This document shows positions 38,431-48,381 of a stretch of 64,000 nt of DNA, piece after piece. The translations under genes were made by a program, and so were the position numbers. The DNA is taken from the NCBI GenBank assembly GCA_963806035.1, contig CAWDWO010000007.1, positions 1 through 64,000 of the forward strand, in the 5' to 3' direction. This DNA is from Candidatus Krumholzibacteriota bacterium (GTDB taxonomy: Bacteria; Krumholzibacteriota; Krumholzibacteriia; JAJRXK01). Position 1 is the first letter of the stretch. Each line of letters begins with the position of its first letter. A model generated the notes under the pieces. The model had not been told where the DNA came from. It searched no databases and saw nothing but the letters and a program-made list of their open reading frames with translations.

Positions 38431-40161
38431 TCACATTTGCTCGGGGGTGTCCATCCCCAGCAGAGTCAGAGTATTGGCCAAGACGACGCGAGTCGCCGAA
38501 CTCAGAGCCAGTCGGGCGCGTGAGAGATTGGTGTCGTCCGTGAGGATCCTACAGTGTTGGTAGAAGTGGTGGAAAGCCGAGGCCAGATCGACCGCGTATC
38601 TCGTCAAGCGCGAAACGTCGCGGGTCTCGGCACTTCGCGCGATGATGTGCGGTAGATCGGGTAGAAGGCGGCAGAGCGCGAGTTCCGCGTCTTCGGAAAG
38701 AAGCCGCAGTTCCTTCTCCGTGGCCGGGTGTTTGTCCGCTCCCTGCGCCTGCGCATTGCGTAACACGCTGCAGATCCGCGCGTGTGCGTACTTCACATAC
38801 CAGCCGGGATTGTCGTTGCTCTGTTTGCGCGCCAGGTCCAGATCGAAGTCCAGGTGCGACGAGTTCTTCCGCGACAGGAAAAAGAAGCGCGCCACGTCAG
38901 CGCCCACCTCGTCGATCAGTTGATCCATCGTGACCAGTCGTCCCGCGCGTTTGGACATCTCCAGGGGACGACCGTCCTGAATGAGGTTCACCTGCTGCAG
39001 AAGAATGATCTCGAGCCAATCGTGGGGAAAACCCAAACACTCGCTGGCTGCGGCCATGCGGGCGATGTAGCCGTGATGGTCGGGTCCCAAAAGATCGATG
39101 GCAACCTCCGCCCCACGCTCCTTCTTGCTCAGGTGGTAAGCGATGTCAGGTAGAAAGTAGGTGGGCACGCCGTCGCTCTTCACCAGCACCCTGTCCTTCT
39201 CGTCCTCGAACTCGCTCGTGGCCAGCCAGGTTGCTCCGTCCTTCTCGAAGACGTGTCCGGCTTCTTTCAAAACCTCCAGGGTCTTCTCCAGCTTTCCGCT
39301 GCGGTGGAGTTCGGTCTCGAGATACCAGGAGTCGAAGCGAACCCCATAGCGGCGGCAAGTTGCTCTTTGGGAGAGGAGCATGGCGGCGATCCCGAAGGAT
39401 CCGAAGGCCTGCGCCGAACTCTCGTCGCTTTGAAGTTCGAGCCAGTCCTTGGGCTCGCCCTTGGGCAGTGAGAGATCGCCGATGATGCGACCCGCCTCTT
39501 CGTCACTTTCCTGAGTGAGAAGAGAGGTGCCACGTTCCAGCAGATCGCGCGCGAGTTCTTGCAGGTACTCTCCCTGGTATCCCTCCTCGGGAAGCTCGGC
39601 GGCCTCTCCCCTCGCCTGGAGGTATCGTGCCCGGAGACTGCGTCCGAAGAGCAGGACCTGGCGGCCGGCATTGTTTACGTAAAACTCGCTGCTGGGCCGA
39701 TAGCCCGCGCGGTCCATGACGCGATGCAGGGTCGATCCGACAGCGGCGGCGCGCGCACTCACGATGTTCAGAGGCCCCGTGGGATTCGCGCTGATGTACT
39801 CCAGGCTGATGCGCTGTCCCTCCCCGGCCTGGCTGCGTCCGTATTCCTCCGCCTCATCCAGGATGCGCAAAATCGGCTCGGTAAGCGCTTCTTGCGAGTA
39901 ACGGAAATTGATGAATCCCGGGCCCGCGATCTCCAGCGATTCCACCTGGGATTTGTCCAGCTCCAGGCTGGCTGCGATCTCTCCCGCGAGCTCCCGAGGT
40001 TTTCGCTCCAGTCGCTTCGCCAGAAGGAGAGCGACGTTGGAGCTGAGATCGCCGTGACTGGGATCCTTGGGCTGCTCCAGTTCCAGACGCACGTCTTCCT
40101 CGAAGACTCCGTAACCCTCCAGGGCTTTCATGAGAGCGTCGCGAATGAGCTTCTCGATCAT
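38431..40161 (-). CDS. argS: Arginyl-tRNA synthetase
   Basis: HGDLSSN, AGPGFINF, SANPTGPL, GPDHHGY, MSKRAG, YAHARICS. Confidence 0.97.
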   Translation of the reverse strand: MIEKLIRDALMKALEGYGVFEEDVRLELEQPKDPSHGDLSSNVALLLAKRLERKPRELAGEIAASLELDKSQVESLEIAGPGFINFRYSQEALTEPILRILDEAEEYGRSQAGEGQRISLEYISANPTGPLNIVSARAAAVGSTLHRVMDRAGYRPSSEFYVNNAGRQVLLFGRSLRARYLQARGEAAELPEEGYQGEYLQELARDLLERGTSLLTQESDEEAGRIIGDLSLPKGEPKDWLELQSDESSAQAFGSFGIAAMLLSQRATCRRYGVRFDSWYLETELHRSGKLEKTLEVLKEAGHVFEKDGATWLATSEFEDEKDRVLVKSDGVPTYFLPDIAYHLSKKERGAEVAIDLLGPDHHGYIARMAAASECLGFPHDWLEIILLQQVNLIQDGRPLEMSKRAGRLVTMDQLIDEVGADVARFFFLSRKNSSHLDFDLDLARKQSNDNPGWYVKYAHARICSVLRNAQAQGADKHPATEKELRLLSEDAELALCRLLPDLPHIIARSAETRDVSRLTRYAVDLASAFHHFYQHCRILTDDTNLSRARLALSSATRVVLANTLTLLGMDTPEQM

Positions 40162-40526
40162 TGGGAAGCTCCACTTTCGTCGAAGCGCGTGAGGGGTGCA
40201 TCACCCCAGAGCCTCTCCAGAGCGTAGTAGCTGCGGGCCCGGGGCTGCATCACGTGCGCAACCACGTCGAAGAAATCGATGAGTACCCAGCTTCCCACGT
40301 CTTTCCCTTCCACGTGGAGAGGTTTCTCGCCGCGAGTCTGCGCTCCGTCCAGGATCGCGTTGGCGATCGTCTGTACCTGGAGTTGGCTACCGCCGCTGAG
40401 AAGCACGAAATAATCGGTGACGTCGCTCAGCTCGCTGACGTCGAGGAGAACCACGTCCTCCGCCTTCTTCGAAAGACCCCACTCCACGATGGCGCGAGCC
40501 AGCTCATGGCTTTGCTCTTTGCTCAT
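40158..40526 (-). CDS. rsfS: Ribosome silencing factor
   Basis: KKAEDVVLLDV, DYFV, WVLIDFFDVVAHV, YALERLWGDA. Confidence 0.96.
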   Translation of the reverse strand: MSKEQSHELARAIVEWGLSKKAEDVVLLDVSELSDVTDYFVLLSGGSQLQVQTIANAILDGAQTRGEKPLHVEGKDVGSWVLIDFFDVVAHVMQPRARSYYALERLWGDAPLTRFDESGASQ

Positions 40527-40562
40527 AGTCTCGTCCGCAAAAGATTCCAAGGAAAATGACGC

Positions 40563-41561
40563 TCAGTTGAGGCGGCGAAGCACATAGTCCACCGCGTCGT
40601 TGAGGATCGCGGTCTGGGGATGTGGGCCGAGCGCATGGAGGCTCTCCTTCGCGCGTTCTCCGTAGTGTGCAGCCATCTTGGAGGCATATTCCAATCCGCC
40701 ATTCTGATGCACCATCTCACGGACCTCGGCCCACAGACGAGGCTCGTCCGGACCGGCCACCATCGCCTTGCGCAACCGCGCTTTCAGTGGTGCTGACGCA
40801 TTGCGCCAGGCCGCGATGAACGGAAGTGTGATGCGTCCCTCGCGCCAATCCCCGCCTACCGGTTTCCCGAGCCGCTTGGGGTCGCCGCGATAGTCAAAAA
40901 TGTCATCGGTGATCTGAAAGGCCATTCCCAGGTTTTGCCCGAATGCAGAAAGGGCGGGCCGATGGTGTTGCAACCCGGGATGGAACAACGAGCCGATTTC
41001 GCAGGAGGCCGCGATCAAACAGGCGGTCTTCTCGGAAATGATGGTGAAGTAGTCCTCTTCCGGCAGGTCGAGGCAGCTGCGGCTCTCCAGCTGCATCATC
41101 TCTGCCACGCTCATGCGATGCGTGGTGGCCGCGATGATGCGCATCGCGTCCTCCATGCCGCGCGCAGTGAGCAGGGAGAAGACCTTGGTATAGAGGAAGT
41201 CTCCCATGATGAGCGCGGCCGCGGGACCCCATTTCACGTTGACGGTGGGAAGTCGGCGCCGCGTGGCCGCGTCGTCGATGAAATCGTCGTGAACCAGGGT
41301 AGCGGTGTGAACCAACTCGACGCAGGCCGCCGCGAATGCGGCGTCCGGATGCATTTCGCTGCCGTTCTTGGAGGCAATGAGCACCAGCGTCGGGCGAAAG
41401 CGCTTGGACTTTCCCTGCTTCAGGTGCTCGCAGATCTGCCCCAAAAGCTCCAGTTCGCCGTTGAGCAGGGTCTCATACTCGTGCTCGAAGGAAATCAACT
41501 CCTCGGCCACAAAGGACTGAAGCGACTGGAGTTTGACGCGGTCCTCGCCGGCCAGAGGCAC
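40563..41561 (-). CDS. Polyprenyl diphosphate synthase (IspB/HepT family)
   Basis: KRFRP, ELVHTATLVHDDFID..RR, KTA, AFQITDDIFD, GKP. Confidence 0.93.
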   Translation of the reverse strand: MPLAGEDRVKLQSLQSFVAEELISFEHEYETLLNGELELLGQICEHLKQGKSKRFRPTLVLIASKNGSEMHPDAAFAAACVELVHTATLVHDDFIDDAATRRRLPTVNVKWGPAAALIMGDFLYTKVFSLLTARGMEDAMRIIAATTHRMSVAEMMQLESRSCLDLPEEDYFTIISEKTACLIAASCEIGSLFHPGLQHHRPALSAFGQNLGMAFQITDDIFDYRGDPKRLGKPVGGDWREGRITLPFIAAWRNASAPLKARLRKAMVAGPDEPRLWAEVREMVHQNGGLEYASKMAAHYGERAKESLHALGPHPQTAILNDAVDYVLRRLN

Positions 41562-41648
41562 TGTGATCCTGCCTTCAATGGAGATGCGACCTTCGAGCGA
41601 GCCCCGAAGGGATCACGCAAGAGCCTTACAGGTATACAATTGTCGCTG

Positions 41649-42407
41649 CTAGCTGTCAATGTCGTCCGGTTTGCGGTCTTTTCGCCTCCGCATGATCAGG
41701 GCGATGACGACACTGGTCATGTACAGCACCATGACCGGTCCAGCCAGCATGATCTGACTGATGATGTCCGGCGGGGTCAAAATGGCTGAAACGGTCAGAA
41801 TGGCGATGAGGGCGTAGCGCCAGCCCCTGAGCAGCATCTGGGGGTGCACCACTCCGGCCCAGGAGAGAGCCAGAACCACCATGGGCAGCTCGAAGAGCAG
41901 GCCGAAGGCCAGACAGAGCCTCACCGCCAGCTCGAAGTATTCCCGCGCGGTGAGGAGAGGTCGGAGCTGTTCGGTTGCGAATCCGATCGCGAAACGGATC
42001 ACCAGGGGCAAGAGAATGAAAAAGCAAAAGGCGACCCCCACGTAGAATAATCCGGTGGCCGCCACCAGCAGTGGCGTCACCACTCTCTTCTCGCGGGGAC
42101 GCAGGCCTGGCGTGACGAAGCTGTAGAGCTTGAGGAGGATCAGGGGCAGCACCAAGAAGAGACCAACCGCGGTCGAGGCCTTCAACTTGAGCAGGAAAGC
42201 CTCCATCGGTGCGGTGAAGTAGAGACTCTCCTGCCCCGCCTTGCGAGCCGGACCAAGCAATCCGTCGACGATCTGATCGCTGAAGAACCAGGCCACCACC
42301 GTGGCAAGTACCGCGAGCGCCAACGCCCAGAGGATGGTTTTCCTCAGTTCCGCGATATGCTCGATCATCGTCATTTCGCCGCGTGACTTGCCGGCTCCAT
42401 GACTCAT
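41649..42407 (-). CDS. tatC: Twin-arginine translocase subunit TatC
   Basis: EHIAELR, PMEAF, FVTPGL..E, FELP, TPPD. Confidence 0.95.
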   Translation of the reverse strand: MSHGAGKSRGEMTMIEHIAELRKTILWALALAVLATVVAWFFSDQIVDGLLGPARKAGQESLYFTAPMEAFLLKLKASTAVGLFLVLPLILLKLYSFVTPGLRPREKRVVTPLLVAATGLFYVGVAFCFFILLPLVIRFAIGFATEQLRPLLTAREYFELAVRLCLAFGLLFELPMVVLALSWAGVVHPQMLLRGWRYALIAILTVSAILTPPDIISQIMLAGPVMVLYMTSVVIALIMRRRKDRKPDDIDS

Positions 42408-42411
42408 GGCA

Positions 42412-42891
42412 TCACGTACCTTTCGCGGTGCGTCCCGCATCGCGTTTCAGGAGGGATCGAAGCTCGTCCATGAATTGGCTGGCGTTCTGAAAACTGCGAT
42501 ACACCGATGCGAAGCGCAGATAGGCCACCTCGTCGAGCTGCTCGAGCTCCTCCATCACCGCCCTTCCAATCTCTTCGCTGGGAATTTCCTCGCGCGCGGG
42601 AGCAAAAACGGTGGCTTCGACCCGATCGGCCAGGGCATCCATCTCTTCGCGCGTGACCGGTCGCTTGTGACAGGCCTGGATGACGCCCGCCAGCAAGCGG
42701 TCGCGATCATAGTTCTGGTGCCGGCCGTCTTTCTTCACGACCAGTGCCGAGGTGCGTTCCACGTATTCATAGGTGGTATAGCGATGCGAACAACTCACGC
42801 ATTCGCGGCGCCGGCGGATCGCCGCGCCTTCTTTCGTGGAACGTGAGTCGACAACCCGATCTTCGAGATTACCGCAGTTGGGGCAACGCAT
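42412..42891 (-). CDS. nrdR: Transcriptional repressor NrdR
   Basis: MRCPNC..VVDSR..IRRRREC..C, ATP cone, VAYLRFASVYR. Confidence 0.97.
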   Translation of the reverse strand: MRCPNCGNLEDRVVDSRSTKEGAAIRRRRECVSCSHRYTTYEYVERTSALVVKKDGRHQNYDRDRLLAGVIQACHKRPVTREEMDALADRVEATVFAPAREEIPSEEIGRAVMEELEQLDEVAYLRFASVYRSFQNASQFMDELRSLLKRDAGRTAKGT

Positions 42892-42908
42892 GCGGCGGAA
42901 CCTCCCTC

Positions 42909-44156
42909 TCAGGCCAATTCCGGATACAGGGGATGCGCGTCAGCGAGACTTCGGCTGCGCTGGCGAAGCTCGGGTAGCTCTGGACTCTCGAGCCCAACGC
43001 TCAGCGCGCGGCCGATGATCTGCGCGATTTCATCCATTTCGGCTTCCTTCATTCCACGCGTCGTCAGAGCGGGAGTCCCGATGCGGATCCCACTCGTGAC
43101 GAATGGAGATTCAGGATCGAAGGGAATCGTGTTCTTGTTCACCGTGATGCCGACCTTCTCGAGTATTTCCTCGGCCGCCTTGCCGGTGAGCTTCTTCCCC
43201 CTTACGTCCACCAGCAGCAGATGCGTATCCGTTCCACCGCTCACCAAGCGCAAACCGTGCTCGGTGAGGCGCTCTCCCAGCCGCTTGGCGTTGGCGAGGG
43301 TCTGCTTCTGATCGACGTGGAATGGCTCCCGCATCGCCTCCAGGAAGCAGACCGCCTTGGCCGCGATGATGTGCATGAAGGGCCCGCCCTGGGTCCCGGG
43401 GAAGTTGATCTTGTTCACCGCTTTGGAACTCTCGGGATCCATGGTGAGAATCAAGCCTCCACGAGGACCGCGCAGAGTCTTGTGCGTGGTGGAAGTCACC
43501 ACGGTCGCATGCGGCATGGGATCGGGATGCAGCTTTGCCGCGACCAGACCGGCGAAGTGCGCCATGTCCACCAGGAGCGGAATCTCGAGCTCGCGCGAAA
43601 TCTGGCCCAACTTCTTGAAATCCCATGCGCGCGGATAAGCGCTGCTGCCGGTAACCAGCAGGGCGGGGCGCAGTTCCTTGCACTGCTTCTTCAGAGCATC
43701 GTAGTCGATCCTCTCGCTCTCGCGATCCACCTCGTAGTGGTGAGCCTCGAAGAGCATGCCGCTGAAGTTGACGTTGTGGCCGTGGGTGAGGTGACCCCCG
43801 TGGCTCAAACTGAGTCCCAACACTCTCGAGCCTGGCTTCACGAAGGCGAGATACGCCGTGAGATTCGCGGAGGAACCGGAGTGGGGTTGCACGTTGGCGT
43901 AGGCCGCTCCGAAGAGTTCTTTCGCCCGATCGCGCGCGAGCCGCTCGGCCTCGTCGACGAATTCGCAGCCTCCGTAGTAACGGCGCCCGGGATAACCCTC
44001 CGCGTACTTGTTCGTGAGGACACTGCCCATTGCCTCCATCACCGCCAAACTGGTGAAGTTCTCGCTCGCGATCATCTCCAACTGCCCGCGTTGGCGGTTC
44101 AGTTCGTTGGTCACTACCTCGGCAATGGCGGGATCAACCGACTTCAGGATGTTCAT
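42909..44156 (-). CDS. glyA: Serine hydroxymethyltransferase
   Basis: [40 protein letters not shown]. Confidence 0.98.
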   Translation of the reverse strand: MNILKSVDPAIAEVVTNELNRQRGQLEMIASENFTSLAVMEAMGSVLTNKYAEGYPGRRYYGGCEFVDEAERLARDRAKELFGAAYANVQPHSGSSANLTAYLAFVKPGSRVLGLSLSHGGHLTHGHNVNFSGMLFEAHHYEVDRESERIDYDALKKQCKELRPALLVTGSSAYPRAWDFKKLGQISRELEIPLLVDMAHFAGLVAAKLHPDPMPHATVVTSTTHKTLRGPRGGLILTMDPESSKAVNKINFPGTQGGPFMHIIAAKAVCFLEAMREPFHVDQKQTLANAKRLGERLTEHGLRLVSGGTDTHLLLVDVRGKKLTGKAAEEILEKVGITVNKNTIPFDPESPFVTSGIRIGTPALTTRGMKEAEMDEIAQIIGRALSVGLESPELPELRQRSRSLADAHPLYPELA

Positions 44157-44628
44157 GATCTTCCCTCTCGCTCAAGTCGTCCAAGAGTCGCGGAAGCGCG
44201 GCTTGCAAATGCTCCTCGATGGCAGCCCAGGTCTCGCGGTAGCGCGCCGGATCACCACCGTAGGGATCGATGAGATCCCCTCTCTCCGTGAGACCGGAAA
44301 ATTCGGAGAGAGAGTATACCTTTCCTCGGGCCGAAGGATAGGCACGGAGGATGGCGTCCCGGTGGCTTTTGGTCATGGTCAAAATCAGATCGCTTTGCCC
44401 TACGAGTTCGAGATTCAAGGGACGCGTGCGGTGGCCGCTCAGGTCCGCCCCATGCTCGCGCGCCACCAGCACCGCATTGGCCGATGCGGGCTGGCCCGGC
44501 GGGGCCTGCAGACCGGCAGAGGAAACCGTGGGTGGGTTTTGGACCTGGGCAAAGAGACTTCGCGCCAGGGCTGCGGCCATGGGGCTGCGGCAGCTATTGC
44601 CGGTACACACGAAGAGAATAGAACTCAT
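44134..44628 (-). CDS. Low-molecular-weight protein Tyr/Arg phosphatase (YwlE-like)
   Basis: [16 protein letters not shown]; lies between tsaC-like and glyA. Confidence 0.88.
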   Translation of the reverse strand: MSSILFVCTGNSCRSPMAAALARSLFAQVQNPPTVSSAGLQAPPGQPASANAVLVAREHGADLSGHRTRPLNLELVGQSDLILTMTKSHRDAILRAYPSARGKVYSLSEFSGLTERGDLIDPYGGDPARYRETWAAIEEHLQAALPRLLDDLSEREDHEHPEVG

Positions 44629-44686
44629 AGTAAAATCGTAAGTTGTGAGAATTTCCGCTGAAGGCTATTCGTCCCCTGTGGCAAAG

Positions 44687-45250
44687 TCAAGCCGGTGGAG
44701 GCCAGGCCAGGTAACCGCTTCTGAGGAGCTCGGGGTGCTCCCCGCGCAAGTCCACCAGGGTCGAAGCCACGCCGGGGGAGACCTCCCCCAAGGCGAAAGA
44801 GGCGAGCTGCGGGAAGCGCCTCTGAGCCTCCTCGAGGCTCTCGGCGGGGGCTTCTCCCGCCCGATTGGCGCTGGTGGAGAAGAGCGGCGCATCGAGCTCT
44901 TCCAAGAGAGCGCGCAGGGGGGCGCAGGCGGGAACCCGCGCCGCGATGCTCCCCCCCTCGGCGATCCACTGCGGCGGAGCGCTTTCCTTCGGTGAGAGCA
45001 GCACGGTCAGAGCTCCGGGCCAGGTGCGGCGGAGCAGATCGAGGAATTCTTCCTTCGGCCGCGCCGCATGACGAAGCACCGCTTCGAGCGAGGGAAAGAG
45101 CAGCAGGAAGGGCCGGCGGTCCACCGAGCCCTTCAGCTCGCGGAGCGACTGCGCCGCGCCGGGCAGAGTGGCCAGGGCGTGCAGACCAGGGAGAGTGTCG
45201 GTGTCCAGAAGAACGACCTTGCCCGCGCGGAGTGTCTCCGCCGCGTTCAA
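44687..45250 (-). CDS. tsaC: TsaC/YrdC (Sua5) family threonylcarbamoyl-AMP synthase, divergent
   Basis: DTDTLPGL, WPGALT, RVP, STSAN, STLVD, LLRSG; TTGA overlap with purE stop. Confidence 0.8.
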   Translation of the reverse strand: MNAAETLRAGKVVLLDTDTLPGLHALATLPGAAQSLRELKGSVDRRPFLLLFPSLEAVLRHAARPKEEFLDLLRRTWPGALTVLLSPKESAPPQWIAEGGSIAARVPACAPLRALLEELDAPLFSTSANRAGEAPAESLEEAQRRFPQLASFALGEVSPGVASTLVDLRGEHPELLRSGYLAWPPPA

Positions 45251-45726
45251 CGTTTGCCCTCGGCCATTTCTCGGCGCAGTTCTTCGACCTTGCCCGAAAT
45301 CTCGGGGCTGGACATGGCCAGAATCCGCGCGGCGAGATGGGCGGCGTTCTTGGCGCCGGCCTTCCCCACCGCCAGACTCGCCACGGGCACTCCGGCCGGC
45401 ATCTGCGCGATCGAGAGCAGCGCATCCACTCCGTCCAACACTCCACCGGGCAAAGGAACGCCGAGCACCGGCTTCGCGCTGAGCGATGCGACCACGCCGG
45501 GCAGATGAGCCGCCATGCCTGCCATCGCGATGAAGAGAGCGCATCCCTTGCCCTCCATCTCGTTCACCCACACGCGCAAGCTCTCGGCTTGCCGGTGGGC
45601 GCTGATGACGCGGTCTTCGTAGCGAATTTGGTAGCGGTCGAGGACGGCGATACAGGCCTTCACCATCTCGGCGTCACTGGGACTCCCCGAGACGATCCCG
45701 ACCAGCGGTGGCGTATTGGAAGTCAT
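45247..45726 (-). CDS. purE: N5-CAIR mutase / AIR carboxylase
   Basis: GSPSD, SAHR, AGMAAHLPG, GVDALLSIAQMP.GVPVA. Confidence 0.96.
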   Translation of the reverse strand: MTSNTPPLVGIVSGSPSDAEMVKACIAVLDRYQIRYEDRVISAHRQAESLRVWVNEMEGKGCALFIAMAGMAAHLPGVVASLSAKPVLGVPLPGGVLDGVDALLSIAQMPAGVPVASLAVGKAGAKNAAHLAARILAMSSPEISGKVEELRREMAEGKR

Positions 45727-46988
45727 TCTGCTGCCTCCCCGGCTGCGATATCCGTGCGCATTTGAACTCCTTCGAACTGAAGACTCTCAGCCAGCTTCAA
45801 TGCCCTCGTCTTGGCGGCCGGCACGCTTTGGGAGCGAGCCACCGCACAGAGCACGCGCCCTCCCTTGGTCAGCCAACGGCCCTCATCGCGCCGGGTTCCG
45901 GCGTGGAAGACCAGCGAATCGTCCGCCAGAGTGTCCAGGCCCGGAATGACTCGCCCGAGGCGCGGCTTTTCAGGGTAGCCCTCCGAGGCCAGGACCACAC
46001 CCACCGCTGCTCCCTGCAGCGGCAGAGGGCCCTCCGCCGGGAGTTTTCCCACGGCGGCGCCATGCAGGAGGGGATAGAGATCCCCCGGGAACGCGGGGAG
46101 CACGACCTGGGTTTCCGGATCTCCAAAGCGGCAATTGTACTCGAGTAACTTCGGTCCGTCTCGGGTGAGAATCAGTCCCAAGTAGAGCAGGCCGCGGTAG
46201 TCGAGTTCCCGGCGCCGCAATTCTCGCAGAGTGGGTGTCAAAATCTCGTCGACGACGCGCCGCATCAGCCCCTCGTCGGCATCCGCCACCGGGGTGTAAG
46301 CCCCCATGCCGCCGGTGTTGGGGCCCCGGTCGCCTTCACGCAGGCGCTTGTGGTCGCGACTGGGAGCGAACCACGCCGCGCGTGTCCCGTCCAAGAGCGC
46401 GAAGACGGAGAGTTCGGGCCCGAAGAGTCTCTCCTCGAGCAGCACGACCTGCCCCGCTGCACCGAACGCGCCCTCGAGGAGGATGGCGCGCAGGGCCGCT
46501 TCGGCCTGAGTGGCATCGTCGCAGACGATGACCCCCTTGCCCGCGGCGAGGCCGCTCGCTTTCACCACGCAGGGCCCTGGATTGCGCCGAAGCCATTGAA
46601 GAGCGGAGGGCAGTTCCGTGAAGCTCGTCGAATTTGCGCAGGGAATTCCCGCCGCGCGCATGAATTCCTTGGCGTAGGACTTGTCGCCTTCCAGACGGGC
46701 GGCTCGAGCCGAGGGACCGAAGACCGCCACTCCGCTCTCTCGTAGACGATCCGCGAGGCCATCGACCAGAGGTTGCTCCGGCCCGATGACCACCAGATCG
46801 ACCTCATGCCGCAGCGCGGCGCGCAGCCAGCCTTCCGTCTCGCTGCCTTCCACCAAACGCGCGCAGGCGCCCATGGCATCGCTGCCGGGCGCCGCGAGGA
46901 TCTCCTGGACTTTCTCCGATTGTGCCAGCTTCCACGCGAGCGCATGCTCGCGCCCACCGCTGCCGATGATCAGGACCCTGCCCGCCAT
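45723..46988 (-). CDS. purD: Phosphoribosylamine-glycine ligase
   Basis: GSGGREHAL, KASGLAAGKGV, GPNTGGMGAY, EYNCRFGDPE, GGRVL. Confidence 0.97.
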   Translation of the reverse strand: MAGRVLIIGSGGREHALAWKLAQSEKVQEILAAPGSDAMGACARLVEGSETEGWLRAALRHEVDLVVIGPEQPLVDGLADRLRESGVAVFGPSARAARLEGDKSYAKEFMRAAGIPCANSTSFTELPSALQWLRRNPGPCVVKASGLAAGKGVIVCDDATQAEAALRAILLEGAFGAAGQVVLLEERLFGPELSVFALLDGTRAAWFAPSRDHKRLREGDRGPNTGGMGAYTPVADADEGLMRRVVDEILTPTLRELRRRELDYRGLLYLGLILTRDGPKLLEYNCRFGDPETQVVLPAFPGDLYPLLHGAAVGKLPAEGPLPLQGAAVGVVLASEGYPEKPRLGRVIPGLDTLADDSLVFHAGTRRDEGRWLTKGGRVLCAVARSQSVPAAKTRALKLAESLQFEGVQMRTDIAAGEAAE

Positions 46989-47032
46989 GGTTCCTTTCGC
47001 CCCGAAAGAATCCAGCTCTGCCTCGCGAACCC

Positions 47033-48205
47033 TCAGGCCAGGGTTTCCGCGTAGGCTTTCAATCGGGAGACTCCCTCGGCCAGATTCTCGCGCGAGTTGG
47101 CGTAGCTGAATCTGAGATACCCATCGCCGAAGGAACCGAAGGAGGTTCCCGCCAATGCAGCTACACCATACTCATCGAGCAGGGTCGACGCGAACTCGCG
47201 GCACGGCACGCCCAGCTTCTTGATGTTGGGAAAGACGTAGAACGCGCCGCCCGGGGTGAGACAGCTCACGCCGGGGACCTCGTTCAGGAGGCCGACGACC
47301 AGGTCGCGGCGTTCCTTGAATTCCTTCACCATGGCCTGCGCCCCGGACTGGTCCCCGAGAAGAGCCTCCACACCAGCGAGCTGCGTGAAGGTCGAGGTGC
47401 ACGAGGTGGAGTTGGTTTGCAGACGCGCGATGCTGGGAGCCAGGCTATGGGGCATCACACCGAAGCCGAGACGCCATCCGGTCATGGCGTAGGTCTTCGA
47501 ATGCCCATCGAGCACGATGGTGCGATCCTGCATGCCCTCGATCTCGAGCATGCTGTGGTGTTTTCTGTCGTAGATGATCTTCGAGTAGATCTCGTCGCTC
47601 AGCACCCAGCAGTCGTGCTCCTTGGCGACATCGGCCACGGCCTGAAGATCTTCTGGTGACAAAACTCCTCCGCAGGGATTGCCCGGGGTGTTGATGATGA
47701 TCAGCTTGGTCTTGTCATTCGCAAGACGGCGCAGTTCCTGGGGATCGATGCTGAAACCGTTCTCTTCCCGCAGGGGCAGAGGGACCGCTTTGGCGCCGGT
47801 GAAGTGAATCATCGATTCGTAGATGGGGAAGCCGGGATTCGGATAGATGACTTCGTCACCCTCTTGGACGAGCGCGGTGAGCACGAAATAGATGATGGGC
47901 TTGGCGCCGGGTGTGATCACGATCTGATCACTGTCGACCTCGACACCACGGTCCTTGCTAAACCACTTCGCGAAGCCCTCTCTCGCCTCGGGCAAACCCG
48001 CGGAGGGGCCGTAATGGGTGGCGCCGTTCTTCAACGCCTTGACCGCGGCCTCCACGATGTTCGCGGGTGTATCGAAGTCGGGCTCCCCGATCTCCAGGTG
48101 CACGACACTCTTGCCGGCAGCTTCGAGTTTCTTGGCCCGGGCCAGGACCTCGAACGCAGTCTCGGTGCCCAGCCTCTCCATCCTAGACGCCAGTTCTTTC
48201 GCCAC
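47033..48205 (-). CDS. Class I/II PLP aminotransferase (aspartate aminotransferase-like)
   Basis: GEPDFDTP, NPCG, SDEIY, SKTYAMTGWRLG, GAFY. Confidence 0.93.
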   Translation of the reverse strand: MAKELASRMERLGTETAFEVLARAKKLEAAGKSVVHLEIGEPDFDTPANIVEAAVKALKNGATHYGPSAGLPEAREGFAKWFSKDRGVEVDSDQIVITPGAKPIIYFVLTALVQEGDEVIYPNPGFPIYESMIHFTGAKAVPLPLREENGFSIDPQELRRLANDKTKLIIINTPGNPCGGVLSPEDLQAVADVAKEHDCWVLSDEIYSKIIYDRKHHSMLEIEGMQDRTIVLDGHSKTYAMTGWRLGFGVMPHSLAPSIARLQTNSTSCTSTFTQLAGVEALLGDQSGAQAMVKEFKERRDLVVGLLNEVPGVSCLTPGGAFYVFPNIKKLGVPCREFASTLLDEYGVAALAGTSFGSFGDGYLRFSYANSRENLAEGVSRLKAYAETLA

Positions 48206-48381
48206 GACGGCTACCTCCCCACCAGGGTACGTTACTTGAGATGAGACTCAGCGAATGTAGTCCCTTGGGGGCAAAAATTCCAAGCGCCCCTGTGAAAGAA
48301 AATAAGGAAGGAGAGCAGATGCGAGCCCGGCGGAACGATTGACTCCCTTGGAGCGAGATCGCGGCCGGAACTCGGCTGCGT

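Noticed and set aside
44134..44628. Arsenate reductase ArsC (CTGNSCRS)
   Set aside because: Lacks the distal redox Cys pair, has DPY, and sits in a ywlE-like context
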